64,000 bases of DNA, taken from positions 2,272 to 66,271 of the forward strand of contig RDZP01000002.1 of assembly GCA_004294005.1 (NCBI GenBank), in the 5' to 3' direction. This stretch comes from Cytophagia bacterium. GTDB lineage: Bacteria; Bacteroidota; Bacteroidia; Cytophagales; Microscillaceae. The number at the start of each line of letters is the position of its first letter. The first letter of the stretch is position 1. Positions 8,490 to 18,482 of this stretch are shown piece by piece. The notes under the pieces were generated by a model that was given only the letters and a program-made list of their open reading frames with translations, was not told where the DNA came from and made no database searches. Made by a program: the position numbers and the translations under genes.

Positions 8490-8528
8490 AAATATTCATA
8501 AAAAACAAATAAAAATTAGATAAAAATT

Positions 8529-9227
8529 ATGCTCATCGCTAAAAATCTTACAAAAGAATACGGAAATTTTACTGCACTCAATCAACTTAATATCAATGTT
8601 GAACAAGGCAATATTTATTGTCTTTTGGGTGCAAATGGTGCAGGAAAATCCACAACTATCAATCTCTTTTTAGGGTTTATACCCGCTACAAAAGGAACTA
8701 TTAGTATTAATGGTTTAGAAGTACAAGAAAATCTTATTAAAACCAAAGAATATATTGCTTATATTCCTGAAAATTTAATGCTTTATCCACATCTTTCTGG
8801 TTTAGAGAATTTGGAGTATTTGGCTACATTGGCACAAAAAAAATATACGAAAAATCAACTCATTGATTTTTTGAAAGAAGCAGGCTTACAAAATGATGCC
8901 CACCAAAAAAGGGTAGCACAATATTCAAAAGGAATGCGACAAAAAGTAGGCATTGCCTTAGCACTTGCCAAAGATGCAAAGGCACTTTTGCTTGATGAAC
9001 CTACATCAGGGCTTGACCCGCAAGCAAGTAATGAATTTTCTAATCTTCTTTTGAAGTTAAAACAAAAAAATGTGGCAATATTGATGGCGACACATGACCT
9101 TTTTCGTGCCAAACAAATTGCTACACACATAGGCATTATGAAAGAAGGTGTATTAGTAAAGTCTTTTAAAAATGAAGAAGTAACTTTACAAGAATTAGAA
9201 AATATTTATTTAGAGATTATCAACTAA
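8529..9227 (+). CDS. ABC transporter ATP-binding protein
   Basis: Walker A GANGAGKST, signature YSKGMRQKV, Walker B LLLDEPTSGLD, H-loop ATHD. Confidence 0.9.
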   Translation: MLIAKNLTKEYGNFTALNQLNINVEQGNIYCLLGANGAGKSTTINLFLGFIPATKGTISINGLEVQENLIKTKEYIAYIPENLMLYPHLSGLENLEYLATLAQKKYTKNQLIDFLKEAGLQNDAHQKRVAQYSKGMRQKVGIALALAKDAKALLLDEPTSGLDPQASNEFSNLLLKLKQKNVAILMATHDLFRAKQIATHIGIMKEGVLVKSFKNEEVTLQELENIYLEIIN

Positions 9228-9235
9228 TTACTATT

Positions 9236-10642
9236 ATGATTATTCACATTGCAAAAAAAGAATTTACACAAGCCCTACGTGATAATCGTTTTAGATTATT
9301 AGCCATTTTTTTGGGTGTTTTATTAGCATTTGCTATGCTTGTAAGTTGGAGTTATTATCAAAAAATAAACGAGGAACATACAAAAACCTCTAAAACAGCA
9401 AGACAACAATGGAATACGCAAACGCCCAAAAATCCACATGCAGCAGCGCATTATGGCACTTTTGCTTTCAAACCTATTCAAACTTTATCTTTAATAGACA
9501 ATGGTTTGGATAAATATTTGGGTGTTTCTGTATTTTTGGAAGGACACAGACAAAATATGGCAGAATACAAACAAATTACAGAACAAAATGACTTGGCACG
9601 TTTTGCAGAACTAACACCTGCTTTTGTGTTTTCGTATTTAGTGCCTTTATTGATTATTTTGTTGTCTTTTAATATTTTTACTACTGAAAAAGAAAATGGT
9701 ACATTGAAATTGTTATTAAGTCAAGGTGTTTCTATTTTGCAATTATCTTTGGGTAAAATAATAGGTTTGTGGACATTGCTTGCTATGGTTTTACTGCCTA
9801 TTTTTGGGCTTGGATTTGTATTATTATTAGCATCTTCTTATCAAAATGATGATGTTTTACGGTATTTAATGCTTATTTTTAGTTTGATTTTATATTATGG
9901 CATTTTTATCAATATTTGTGTTGGCGTATCTGCTTATGTGAGTAGTAGCAATACTTCTTTGGTAACTTTATTAGGTTTTTGGATAATATCTACATTACTT
10001 ATTCCAAAATTGACCACCAATATTTCAAAAAAAATCTATCCTACGCCTTCTGTACTTGATTATAAAGCACAACTCAAAGAAGATTTAGAAAAAGGCGTAG
10101 ATGGGCATAATCCATTTTCAAGACGCTCACAAATTTTTCAGGACAGTGTTCTCAAAGCCAATAAAGTTGATAGCATACAAAAACTTCTTTTTAATTATGC
10201 AGGTTTGATTATGCAAGCAGGCGAAGAACACGAAACAGTAGTGTATGCAAAAGCCCTTAAAAAATTGAATGATATTTATTTTGCGCAACTCAAAATCCAC
10301 GAAGCAAGTGCTATCTTATCGCCTACTATTTTATTTAAAATGTTTTCGATGCAGTTAGCAAAAACAGATTTAGCCACACACTATGATTTTTCAGCACAGG
10401 CAGAAAAATATCGGGTGGCGTTGGTGCGTGATTTGAACTATGACATCAAAGATAATTCTAAAAATGGCGATTGGGAATATATTTCAAAAGACAAAGATTT
10501 TTTCAAAAAAAATATTCAATTTCAATACAAACCTATTTCTATTACTCAAACTTTACAGCAAGGTGGTATGGCGTTGGTATATTTAATGTTTTGGTTTTTG
10601 GGTACTTTACTTTTTATTCTTAGCATCAAAAAAATTCATTAG
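9236..10642 (+). CDS. ABC-2 type permease (DUF3526-like)
   Basis: 468 aa. An N-terminal TM helix, a loop, a cluster of 5 TM helices, then a long soluble insert and a C-terminal TM helix. It lies 9 nt after the ATPase gene. The layout matches the DUF3526 permease pairs of Bacteroidota. Confidence 0.6.
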   Translation: MIIHIAKKEFTQALRDNRFRLLAIFLGVLLAFAMLVSWSYYQKINEEHTKTSKTARQQWNTQTPKNPHAAAHYGTFAFKPIQTLSLIDNGLDKYLGVSVFLEGHRQNMAEYKQITEQNDLARFAELTPAFVFSYLVPLLIILLSFNIFTTEKENGTLKLLLSQGVSILQLSLGKIIGLWTLLAMVLLPIFGLGFVLLLASSYQNDDVLRYLMLIFSLILYYGIFINICVGVSAYVSSSNTSLVTLLGFWIISTLLIPKLTTNISKKIYPTPSVLDYKAQLKEDLEKGVDGHNPFSRRSQIFQDSVLKANKVDSIQKLLFNYAGLIMQAGEEHETVVYAKALKKLNDIYFAQLKIHEASAILSPTILFKMFSMQLAKTDLATHYDFSAQAEKYRVALVRDLNYDIKDNSKNGDWEYISKDKDFFKKNIQFQYKPISITQTLQQGGMALVYLMFWFLGTLLFILSIKKIH

Positions 10643-10684
10643 AACAACTAATGATTATTAAAAAATATTACATCATTCAAAATT

Positions 10685-11992
10685 ATGTTTTTATCCTTCG
10701 AACTCAAAAATATTCTTCGTACACCTTTGGTGATAATACTTTCTATTTTATTGTTTATTTTTACATTATTTGCTGTTTATAACGGTAAATCACGCACTAA
10801 TAAACAGTTGGAAACTATTAAAATCATAAAAGAAAAGGAAGATAAATTTTATACTGCCAAAAAAACAATGTTGGATAGTATAGAAAAAAATACAAAAAAA
10901 CCTTTTCCTGATGATAAATGGTTTCTTAGTCCTCAATATTCACTTACATTAGGAGCAGTGCGTGGTGCGGGTACGTATGCTATTTTAACGCCTTCTCCGC
11001 TTTCGGTAGTGAGTACTGGTCAGAGTGATATTTTTCCTTTTTATACCAAAATTGCTTTGGATAATAACAATGCAGGTGATGACAATGATAATTTTGAAAA
11101 TCCGTTCAATATTGCACAAGGAGAGTTTGATTTGGCTTTTGTATTTGTATTTATTCTGCCTTTGTTAGTGATTGTTTTTGGTTATAATTTACTTTCTGTT
11201 GAAAGAGAACAAGGTACATTATTGCTGATTAAATCAATGCCTATCCGTATTAATGTTTGGTTATTAAATAAAATAATATTCCGTTTTTTATTTTTATTGC
11301 TGATTTGTATTGTTTTTTTATGTTTTTCTTTTGTATTATTTGATATTTCGATACAAAATTTTGATTTTTTACAAATGATAATCAGCACAAGTTTTTATCT
11401 TTTATTTTGGTTTTTATTATGTTTTTTGGTCAATCTATTAGGCAAAAGTTCTACAACAAATGCTACATTCTTGGTTGGAAGTTGGGTGTTTTTTGTGTTA
11501 TTAGTGCCAAGTATTGCCAATATATTAGCGACTAACTTATATCCCGTTCCTTCTCGCACCGAGTTTGTAACTGCTCAACGAGATATAGAGAATGAAGTAG
11601 AGAAACAACGTGAAAAAATAATAAATGAATTTTATGCTAAAAATGCTACCTTCAAAAAACCAAAACAAGAAGAAAGAAGATGGCGAGATAATTGGCGTGA
11701 GCGTTTTGTGGAAAAATATTTTGCCAAAAAGAAATTAGATGTACTTCAAGAAAGTTTTATGAAAAAAACAGAAGCACAACGTAATTTTGCAGACAACTTT
11801 CAATATTTTTCGCCCGCTATTTTGTTTCAAAACGCATTGAATAGCCTCGCAAAAACAGATACAAAAACGTATTTAACCTTTCAAAAAAAGGTAAATGATT
11901 TTGAAAAAAAATGGTCTTTTTATTTCAAATCAAAATTTGATAAAGATGAAAAAATGAAAGTCAAAGATTTTGATAGTTTTCCAAAGTTTTAA
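10685..11992 (+). CDS. ABC-2 type permease (DUF3526-like), second copy
   Basis: 435 aa with the same architecture as the preceding gene. It contains the shared REQGTLLL / KENGTLKLL motif after the second TM helix. Confidence 0.6.
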   Translation: MFLSFELKNILRTPLVIILSILLFIFTLFAVYNGKSRTNKQLETIKIIKEKEDKFYTAKKTMLDSIEKNTKKPFPDDKWFLSPQYSLTLGAVRGAGTYAILTPSPLSVVSTGQSDIFPFYTKIALDNNNAGDDNDNFENPFNIAQGEFDLAFVFVFILPLLVIVFGYNLLSVEREQGTLLLIKSMPIRINVWLLNKIIFRFLFLLLICIVFLCFSFVLFDISIQNFDFLQMIISTSFYLLFWFLLCFLVNLLGKSSTTNATFLVGSWVFFVLLVPSIANILATNLYPVPSRTEFVTAQRDIENEVEKQREKIINEFYAKNATFKKPKQEERRWRDNWRERFVEKYFAKKKLDVLQESFMKKTEAQRNFADNFQYFSPAILFQNALNSLAKTDTKTYLTFQKKVNDFEKKWSFYFKSKFDKDEKMKVKDFDSFPKF

Positions 11993-12013
11993 TAAGAAAT
12001 AGATAAAAAAATT

Positions 12014-12060
12014 TGGATTTCTCAAAAAAAATATTCATTTTTGCAACATTGTTGCATTTA
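12014..12060 (+). promoter_or_regulatory. 47-bp conserved promoter/operator block, copy 2, with palindrome TGCAACA-T-TGTTGCA (12042-12056)
   Basis: 46/47 identical to 8065-8111. The palindrome ends 18 nt before the ATG of the COG0523 gene at 12075. Confidence 0.6.
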
Positions 12061-12074
12061 TTATAAATTTAATA

Positions 12075-13280
12075 ATGATAAAAAATATTAAAAAATTGCC
12101 TGTAACGGTATTAAGTGGCTTTTTAGGTGTTGGAAAAACTACTTTACTTAATCATATCTTGCACAACAAAGAAGGCTTAAAAGTAGCAGTCATTGTCAAT
12201 GATATGAGTGAGGTAAATGTTGATGCTAACTTAGTAAAGCAGCAAAACACTATCAGCCGCACCGAAGAAAGATTGGTCGAAATGTCAAATGGTTGTATTT
12301 GTTGTACTTTAAGAGAAGATTTGATGATAGAAGTAGAAAAATTAGCCAACGAAAATAGGTTTGATTATTTGCTTATAGAAAGTACAGGAATTAGTGAACC
12401 TATACCTGTCGCTCAAACTTTTACTTTTAAAGACGAAGAAAATGATATTGATTTGAGTAAATATGCTCAATTAGATACAATGGTAACAGTGGTAGATGCC
12501 TTTAATTTTTATAAAGATTTTGGTAGTCAAGATACTGTTTATACACGTGAACTCAATGATGACGCACAAGACCAACGTACTATTGTCAATTTATTGACAG
12601 ACCAAATTGAGTTTGCAAACGTTATTATTTTGAATAAAACAGATTTGGTAAGTGCAGAAAAATTGGGTGAACTAAAAGCCATTATTCGTAAACTTAACAC
12701 CAATGCTAAAATCATAGAAAGTGAATTTGGTAAAATAGATTTAAAAAATATTTTAAATACAAAGTCTTTTGATTTTGATGAAGCATCTCAATCTGCAGGT
12801 TGGATAAAAGAACTCAACACCGAACATACTCCAGAAACAGAAGAATATGGTATTAGTTCGTTTGTTTTTAGAAGTAAAAAACCATTCCACCCTGAACGTT
12901 TTTGGCATTATTTATCTGAAAATTTCCCCGCAGGAATTATTAGAAGTAAAGGGCTTTTTTGGTTGGCTTCAAGATACGACCAAGCCATCAATTGGTCACA
13001 AGCGGGCGGTTCTTTGAGAGCAGAAGCGGCAGGTGTTTGGTGGGCAAGTATGCCTTTACACGAAAGGATACAATATGCAGGTTTTGTAGATAATCAGGAG
13101 GAAATTGAAAGCCGTTGGACAAAAGATTTTGGCGACAGATTAAACGAACTTGTTTTTATTGGACAAAATTTACCAAAAAATATGATTTTGAAAGAGTTAG
13201 AAGATTGCTTGTGTAATGACGATGAATTGGCAGCACTCAAACAAGGACATATCTTTAACGACCCTTTTCCAATTTTTTAA
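12075..13280 (+). CDS. COG0523-family GTPase (CobW/YeiR/ZigA-like zinc metallochaperone)
   Basis: P-loop GFLGVGKTTLLNHIL, metal-binding CxCC motif (GCICCTL), Walker B LLIESTG, NKTD guanine-specificity motif, and a CobW C-terminal domain. Confidence 0.9.
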   Translation: MIKNIKKLPVTVLSGFLGVGKTTLLNHILHNKEGLKVAVIVNDMSEVNVDANLVKQQNTISRTEERLVEMSNGCICCTLREDLMIEVEKLANENRFDYLLIESTGISEPIPVAQTFTFKDEENDIDLSKYAQLDTMVTVVDAFNFYKDFGSQDTVYTRELNDDAQDQRTIVNLLTDQIEFANVIILNKTDLVSAEKLGELKAIIRKLNTNAKIIESEFGKIDLKNILNTKSFDFDEASQSAGWIKELNTEHTPETEEYGISSFVFRSKKPFHPERFWHYLSENFPAGIIRSKGLFWLASRYDQAINWSQAGGSLRAEAAGVWWASMPLHERIQYAGFVDNQEEIESRWTKDFGDRLNELVFIGQNLPKNMILKELEDCLCNDDELAALKQGHIFNDPFPIF

Positions 13281-13337
13281 TTTAGAAAGAAAGAATTTAT
13301 TTAGTTTACATTATATTTTTATTTATTAACATTTTTT

Positions 13338-13952
13338 ATGAAAAATTTTTTAAGAAACTCTCTTTTAGTTGCATTGGTAACCATCAACATTATTGCTTGT
13401 AAGAAAAAAGAAGACCCTAAACCCGTAGAAGAAAATGAACTTATCACAACTGTTAAGTTGACTTTTACACGATTAGATGCAAATAATGTTCCTGTTACTA
13501 ATCAAACACCTATCGTTGTTACTTGGAAAGATATGGACGGAACGGGAAGTGGTGCACCTGTATTATCAGGTAGCGTTAATTTGATGTCAAATACTTCTTA
13601 TAATATCAGTACTGAATTTTTAGATGAAACTAAAAATCCTGCGGAAAATATTACAACAGAAATATCAGCGGAAAAAGAGGCGCATCAAGTATTTTTTATT
13701 CGTTCAACTACTACTATTTTTAGTACTTTTTCTTACTTAGATTTTGATGCTAATACTAAACCTGTTGGTTTACAAACCAGAATTACAACTGCATCAACTG
13801 CTTCAAATGGTACTTTACGTGTAGTTTTGCGTCACGAGCCAAATAAAAATGGAGTAGGTGTAAGTGGAGGTGATATCACAAATGCTGGAGGTTCAACTGA
13901 CGTAGATACAACGCCTGCTTTTACTGTTAATATTACTGTCCCTCAACCATAA
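13338..13952 (+). CDS. lipoprotein of unknown function
   Basis: Signal peptide plus lipobox (VTINIIAC followed by KKKED). 204 aa, Thr/Ser/Asn-rich and predicted all-beta. It lies 57 nt downstream of the COG0523 gene with no terminator between them. Confidence 0.6.
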   Translation: MKNFLRNSLLVALVTINIIACKKKEDPKPVEENELITTVKLTFTRLDANNVPVTNQTPIVVTWKDMDGTGSGAPVLSGSVNLMSNTSYNISTEFLDETKNPAENITTEISAEKEAHQVFFIRSTTTIFSTFSYLDFDANTKPVGLQTRITTASTASNGTLRVVLRHEPNKNGVGVSGGDITNAGGSTDVDTTPAFTVNITVPQP

Positions 13953-14050
13953 ATGTGGCAGGTGTAAGTAGGTAATATAATAGATGATGTTACGCAAGGA
14001 TATTTTTTGGTAGCAATAAAAAATATTTTCAGCAAAAGCCTTTTATTTAA

Positions 14051-14100
14051 TTTTTGAACGGTCAGACCTCCGTTTCACTACGGTACAGACCGTTCAAAAA
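14051..14100. repeat. conserved-core hairpin repeat, copy 1
   Basis: 13-bp perfect stem TTTTTGAACGGTC (14051-14063) / GACCGTTCAAAAA (14088-14100). It encloses the core AGACCTCCGTTTCACTACGGTACA, which recurs at 62408-62430 and inverted at 62486-62508. Confidence 0.75.
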
Positions 14101-14111
14101 ATTAAATTGCG

Positions 14112-14149
14112 AAAGCACAATTCTTATGACTAAGATTGTGCTTTTTTGT
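14112..14149. terminator. Rho-independent terminator between convergent genes
   Basis: Stem AAAGCACAATTCTTA (14112-14126) / TAAGATTGTGCTTT (14131-14144) with one bulge and a 4-nt loop, followed by TTTTT on the plus strand. It sits between the lipoprotein gene and the guaA 3' end. Confidence 0.7.
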
Positions 14150-14173
14150 ATTATGTTTAAAATAAAATCATTT

Positions 14174-15706
14174 TTATTCCCATTCAATCGTAGCAGGTGG
14201 TTTCGAACTGATGTCATACACTACTCGATTGATTCCTTTTACTTTGTTGATAATCTCATTTGATATTTTTGCTAATAATTCATAAGGAATATGCACCCAA
14301 TCCGCAGTCATTCCGTCCAAACTTGTAACGGCTCTCAACGCAACTACATTTTCATAAGTACGTTCATCACCCATTACGCCTACGCTTTGTGCATTGAGTA
14401 ATATTGCACCTGCTTGCCAAATTTTATCATACCAACCTGACTCTTTGAGATTTTGAATATAAATATAGTCAGCTTCTTGCAAAATACTTACTTTTTTTTC
14501 TGTAATATCTCCTAAAATTCTAATTGCCAAACCTGGTCCAGGAAAAGGATGTCTATTCAAAATGATTTCGGGCAGTTTTACCTCTTTTCCTACTTTCCTT
14601 ACTTCATCTTTGAATAACATTCTTAAAGGTTCTACAATTTTGAGGTTCATTTTTTCGGGCAGTCCGCCTACATTATGATGTGATTTGATTGTTACAGAAG
14701 GACCTTTTACACTTACACTTTCTATCACATCAGGATAAATAGTGCCTTGTGCAAGCCATTTTACATCTTTTATTTTTTTTGCTTCTTTTTCAAATATTTC
14801 AATAAAAGTTTTTCCAATGGCTTTTCTTTTTTGTTCAGGGTCTGATAAATTTTCTAACGCTTTATAAAATTCATTTTTAGCATTCACACCAATAACATTC
14901 AAACCCAAATTTTGATACGATTCTAATACTTCTTCATATTCATTTTTTCGTAGCAATCCACTATCAATAAATACACAATACAAATTTTTGTTGATGGCTT
15001 GATGTAAAAGCAAAGCCGCCACCGAAGAATCTACGCCACCTGAAAGTCCTAAAACTACTTTGTCGTTTTGTAATTCATTTTTGAGGTTTTCGATACTTGT
15101 TTGAGCAAAAGCATTTGGAGTCCAATTAGGTTTACACTCACAAATATCTATCAAAAAATTATGTAATAATTGTTTTCCATCTATACTATGTGTAACTTCA
15201 GGGTGAAATTGTATGCCAAATATTGAAGTATTTTGAATTTGATAAGCACCATTTTTAACGCTTGTTGTGCTTGCTAATTGTATAAAATTATCAGGAATTG
15301 AAGTAATTGTATCACCATGGCTCATCCATACTTGACTATTTTGAGCAATATTTTTGAATAATTGATTATTTGTATCGATAAACTCTAAATTAGCACGCCC
15401 ATACTCTCTCACTTTTGATGCTTCTACATTACCACCAAATTTTTGAGCAATGAGTTGCGCTCCATAACATATTCCTAAAACAGGGATTTTTTTATCAAAT
15501 AGTGATAAAGGAATATCAGGAGCATCATTTTCACGTACCGAACAAGGACTTCCTGATAAAATAATTCCTTTTACTTCCGTATCAAAATTGATTTTATCAA
15601 CAGAAGAAAAAGGATAAATTTCACAATAAATATTGGCTTCACGCACACGCCTCGCTATGAGCTGTGTATATTGAGAACCAAAATCAAGGATAATAATTTG
15701 AGGCAT
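14174..15706 (-). CDS. guaA: GMP synthase (glutamine-hydrolysing)
   Basis: An N-terminal GATase ([11 protein letters not shown]), an ATP-PPase P-loop (LSGGVDSSV), and the C-terminal dimerisation domain ending PPATIEWE. Confidence 0.95.
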   Translation of the reverse strand: MPQIIILDFGSQYTQLIARRVREANIYCEIYPFSSVDKINFDTEVKGIILSGSPCSVRENDAPDIPLSLFDKKIPVLGICYGAQLIAQKFGGNVEASKVREYGRANLEFIDTNNQLFKNIAQNSQVWMSHGDTITSIPDNFIQLASTTSVKNGAYQIQNTSIFGIQFHPEVTHSIDGKQLLHNFLIDICECKPNWTPNAFAQTSIENLKNELQNDKVVLGLSGGVDSSVAALLLHQAINKNLYCVFIDSGLLRKNEYEEVLESYQNLGLNVIGVNAKNEFYKALENLSDPEQKRKAIGKTFIEIFEKEAKKIKDVKWLAQGTIYPDVIESVSVKGPSVTIKSHHNVGGLPEKMNLKIVEPLRMLFKDEVRKVGKEVKLPEIILNRHPFPGPGLAIRILGDITEKKVSILQEADYIYIQNLKESGWYDKIWQAGAILLNAQSVGVMGDERTYENVVALRAVTSLDGMTADWVHIPYELLAKISNEIINKVKGINRVVYDISSKPPATIEWE

Positions 15707-15727
15707 TTTTTTATAATTTAGATATTT

Positions 15728-16381
15728 TTATAAACTAATTTGATGTGGAAAAGTCCAGTGATAATCATAACCTAATGAAGTCATCAAAACCGCTGCTTGA
15801 TTATTTTCACTTTCTTTTTTTAATAATTCACAAGCACGTTCAATATTTTCTTTATCCAAATGACTAAAAGGCTCGTCCAACAACAATATTTCAAAAGGCT
15901 GTAAAATACTTCTGATAATAGCAACTCTTTGCCTTTCTCCATAAGATAAAAACATTGCTTTTTTATTTAATAAATGGCTTATTTGTAATTGTTCAGCCAT
16001 TTTTTTAATATTTTTTTGTTTTCCAATAGGTGTAAGATTTGCTTTTGCCAATAGATTTTCTTCTGCGGTGAGATGCAAAAAAAGCCTTAAATCTTGAAAG
16101 ACGATAGCCATTTTTGTTTGTCTGATAGTTGCCCAATCTTGCAAAGAAAATTGTTGAATATTTTGTTGATTAAAAAAAATATCTCCTGTATAATCATTTC
16201 TAATGCCATACAAAAGATGTATAAAAGTAGATTTTCCTTTTCCTGAGTGGGCTAAAATTTGTGTGTTTTGTCCCTCTTTAAAATTACATTCTGTTTGCCA
16301 AATAGATGATTTTTGATTTGTATTGTTTATATTTTGGGAAGCCAAAGGGATAGGTAATACATTTTGAAGCGTGATTTGCAT
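15728..16381 (-). CDS. ABC transporter ATP-binding protein (stand-alone)
   Basis: Walker A HSGKGKST, signature LSYGERQRV, Walker B LLLDEPFSHLD. It lies 21 nt upstream of guaA on the same strand. No adjacent permease. Confidence 0.75.
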   Translation of the reverse strand: MQITLQNVLPIPLASQNINNTNQKSSIWQTECNFKEGQNTQILAHSGKGKSTFIHLLYGIRNDYTGDIFFNQQNIQQFSLQDWATIRQTKMAIVFQDLRLFLHLTAEENLLAKANLTPIGKQKNIKKMAEQLQISHLLNKKAMFLSYGERQRVAIIRSILQPFEILLLDEPFSHLDKENIERACELLKKESENNQAAVLMTSLGYDYHWTFPHQISL

Positions 16382-16501
16382 AAGAATATTTTTTATTTTG
16401 ATGCAAAAATAATGAAATTTATCTAATTTTTTAAATAAAAATTATTTTTTTTTGTGGAATGAGAAAGTATTGATAAATAATAACAATCAAAAATCAAAAA
16501 A

Positions 16502-17710
16502 TTAATTTATTATTGGGTTTAAACTATTTTTATTGGTTTGTGCCTCACATTTTATCACTTCATAAATAGGTTTTTGTGTAAAAATATTGCTTGAAATAGT
16601 ATTTAATTTTTCACTACTTACTTTTATTGCTTGTTCTGATTGGTCTATGCCTATCCAATTTCTACCCAAATTTTGTGCAGATTTCAAAGTTGTTCCCGAA
16701 CCACAAAAGCAATCTAAAACATAACTATTTGAATTTGATGAAGTTTTAATAATTAAGTCTAATAAATCTGCATTTTTTTCAGTTGGATACATTGGATATT
16801 GTGGGTCTTTCATTTCCCAAATATCTTGTACTCGCTTTCCTTCCTGTTCGTCTAAATAAATTTTCTTGCGTGGGTTTCCGTTTTCTGACCATTCTATTAA
16901 ACCTTCATTGTCCCATTGTTCTAATGTTTCTACATTTGTCCGCCAATGTCTGCCTTTTGGTGGTAAAATACCTTTGAAAGTTTGTGAAGTTTTTCCGTTT
17001 TTGGTTTCACTTGGTGCGTGCAAAGGTATAGTTGTATAACGTCTTCCGTTTTTGTCAAGTTTAGGAAAAAGTTTAATTTTATTATCTTCTGTGTAGGGTG
17101 TTTTGGGTTCATTCCAAATCAATTTATCCGTTTTAGAATAGAATAAAATCATATCTTTCATATTTCCGTAACCTTTACGAGCAAAATTTTTAGGATTGCA
17201 TTTGATACGTGTAATATCGTTTTTAAAGTTTTCAATACCAAAAATTTCGTCCATTATTATTTTTACATAATGTCCAATTTTGTAGTCAATATGCAAATAA
17301 ATTGAGCCTTGCTCTGATAAAAGCATTTTCAACAAAACCAATCTTTCACGTAAAAATTCTAAAAAATCTGTGCCTTGTAATTTATCTGCGTAAGCAATTT
17401 TATCATTTTTGCTGTTGCTTATTGTGCTTGTTCTCTCATCTGAAAACGTAAAAGTGTTGTTGGTTGCAAAAGGTGGGTCAATATACACTAAGTCAATTTT
17501 TCCTGCTAAATTTTGCTTTTCTATCAAATTTTTAAGCACAAGCAAGTTTTCGCCAAAAATTAACTTGTTTGGACTTGCTATATTATTTTGTGCAACAAAC
17601 TCACTATCAATGATTTGATTGTAAATTTCTGTTTCGGATTTTTTGTGGGGGTATTGTAAGAACATTGGCATTTTGTTTCTGCAAAGATACGCAAAATTTT
17701 TAAATTGCAT
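16502..17710 (-). CDS. site-specific DNA methyltransferase, beta-class (probably N6-adenine)
   Basis: Motif IV DPPF at aa 78-81 precedes motif I FCGSGTT at aa 335-341, which is the beta-class order. The block IYLHIDYKIGHYVKIIMDEIFG..NF.N is typical of the Mod-like/type II beta MTase family. The ATG at 17708-17710 overlaps the upstream gene stop. An alternative start is Met14 at 17671. Confidence 0.85.
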   Translation of the reverse strand: MQFKNFAYLCRNKMPMFLQYPHKKSETEIYNQIIDSEFVAQNNIASPNKLIFGENLLVLKNLIEKQNLAGKIDLVYIDPPFATNNTFTFSDERTSTISNSKNDKIAYADKLQGTDFLEFLRERLVLLKMLLSEQGSIYLHIDYKIGHYVKIIMDEIFGIENFKNDITRIKCNPKNFARKGYGNMKDMILFYSKTDKLIWNEPKTPYTEDNKIKLFPKLDKNGRRYTTIPLHAPSETKNGKTSQTFKGILPPKGRHWRTNVETLEQWDNEGLIEWSENGNPRKKIYLDEQEGKRVQDIWEMKDPQYPMYPTEKNADLLDLIIKTSSNSNSYVLDCFCGSGTTLKSAQNLGRNWIGIDQSEQAIKVSSEKLNTISSNIFTQKPIYEVIKCEAQTNKNSLNPIIN

Positions 17711-18482
17711 ACAAAAACTCTCTCAAAACCAAAGCACTCATAATATTATAATCTTGATATATTGTGTTTATTTCTGTAAAATAAGTACTTTTATCCTTAA
17801 TCCAAGGAATACCATCAATAATTCCTATACAAATTACATTTTCAAAAGATGTATTTAAGGTTGTTATGACATCAACAAAAGATTTATCTTGATTTCCGCC
17901 TTTCGAAGTAATAAATTTTGCTTCGCCTAATACATATTTTTTGTTAAACCTTGCAATGAAATCTAGTCCCTTTGGCTTCGCATAACCAAAATTGGCTTTG
18001 GCAAAATCTAATAATTCTTTATCACTGCCACTTAAAATAGCATTTTCATCATTTTGCATAAACTCTGTTAACATAACAGGTTTTAATCCTAATGATTTTT
18101 TATCTAACCAACGCTTAAAGAAGGGTCCAATTTGTCTATTTGTTTCTTTGGGTTCACTACATCTTTCAAACAAATTTTCTAAACCCATTTGATACAAAAC
18201 GCCACAAATTCTATCAATAGTTGCAGGATTTCTTTGAATAGCGTCTTTATCAAGCCTCAAAAATCCAACATAACTATCTTTGATTGGAAATAGATTTAGT
18301 TTTAATAATGCTGTTATCAGCAATTCATTATCTTGTTTATTGAAAGCAGTAACAACATTTTTCCATTTTTGGCTATCTACTTCTCTAATTCCCTCAGGAA
18401 TTGTAGGATAAACCTGAAACAAGTCATCAAGATATGATTTTTGATTAGCATATTCAATACTCAACTCCGTCCAATAGTTCAT
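17700..18482 (-). CDS. putative type II restriction endonuclease (PD-(D/E)XK-like)
   Basis: It lies immediately upstream of the MTase with an 11-nt overlap (ATGCAATTTAA). It contains the candidate nuclease motif LDFIARF...VLGEAKF (D...ExK). The track start is a TTG at 18509; I prefer the ATG at 18482 (MNYWTELSIEY). The family and specificity are not recognised. Confidence 0.5.
   Translation of the reverse strand: MNYWTELSIEYANQKSYLDDLFQVYPTIPEGIREVDSQKWKNVVTAFNKQDNELLITALLKLNLFPIKDSYVGFLRLDKDAIQRNPATIDRICGVLYQMGLENLFERCSEPKETNRQIGPFFKRWLDKKSLGLKPVMLTEFMQNDENAILSGSDKELLDFAKANFGYAKPKGLDFIARFNKKYVLGEAKFITSKGGNQDKSFVDVITTLNTSFENVICIGIIDGIPWIKDKSTYFTEINTIYQDYNIMSALVLREFLYAI

Noticed and set aside
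13953-14050. A possible additional decayed copy of the 62281-type MITE upstream of the core hairpin at 14051.
   Set aside because: I found only short, weak matches (for example ATGTTACGC versus ATGTTGCC) and no terminal GATAATTGCGG-type repeat. The local AT-rich hairpin at about 14003-14030 is explained as an independent stem.
14054-14263. A 69-aa ORF overlapping the core hairpin, the terminator and the 3' end of guaA.
   Set aside because: It spans two hairpin structures and then runs antisense into guaA, so there is no coding support.
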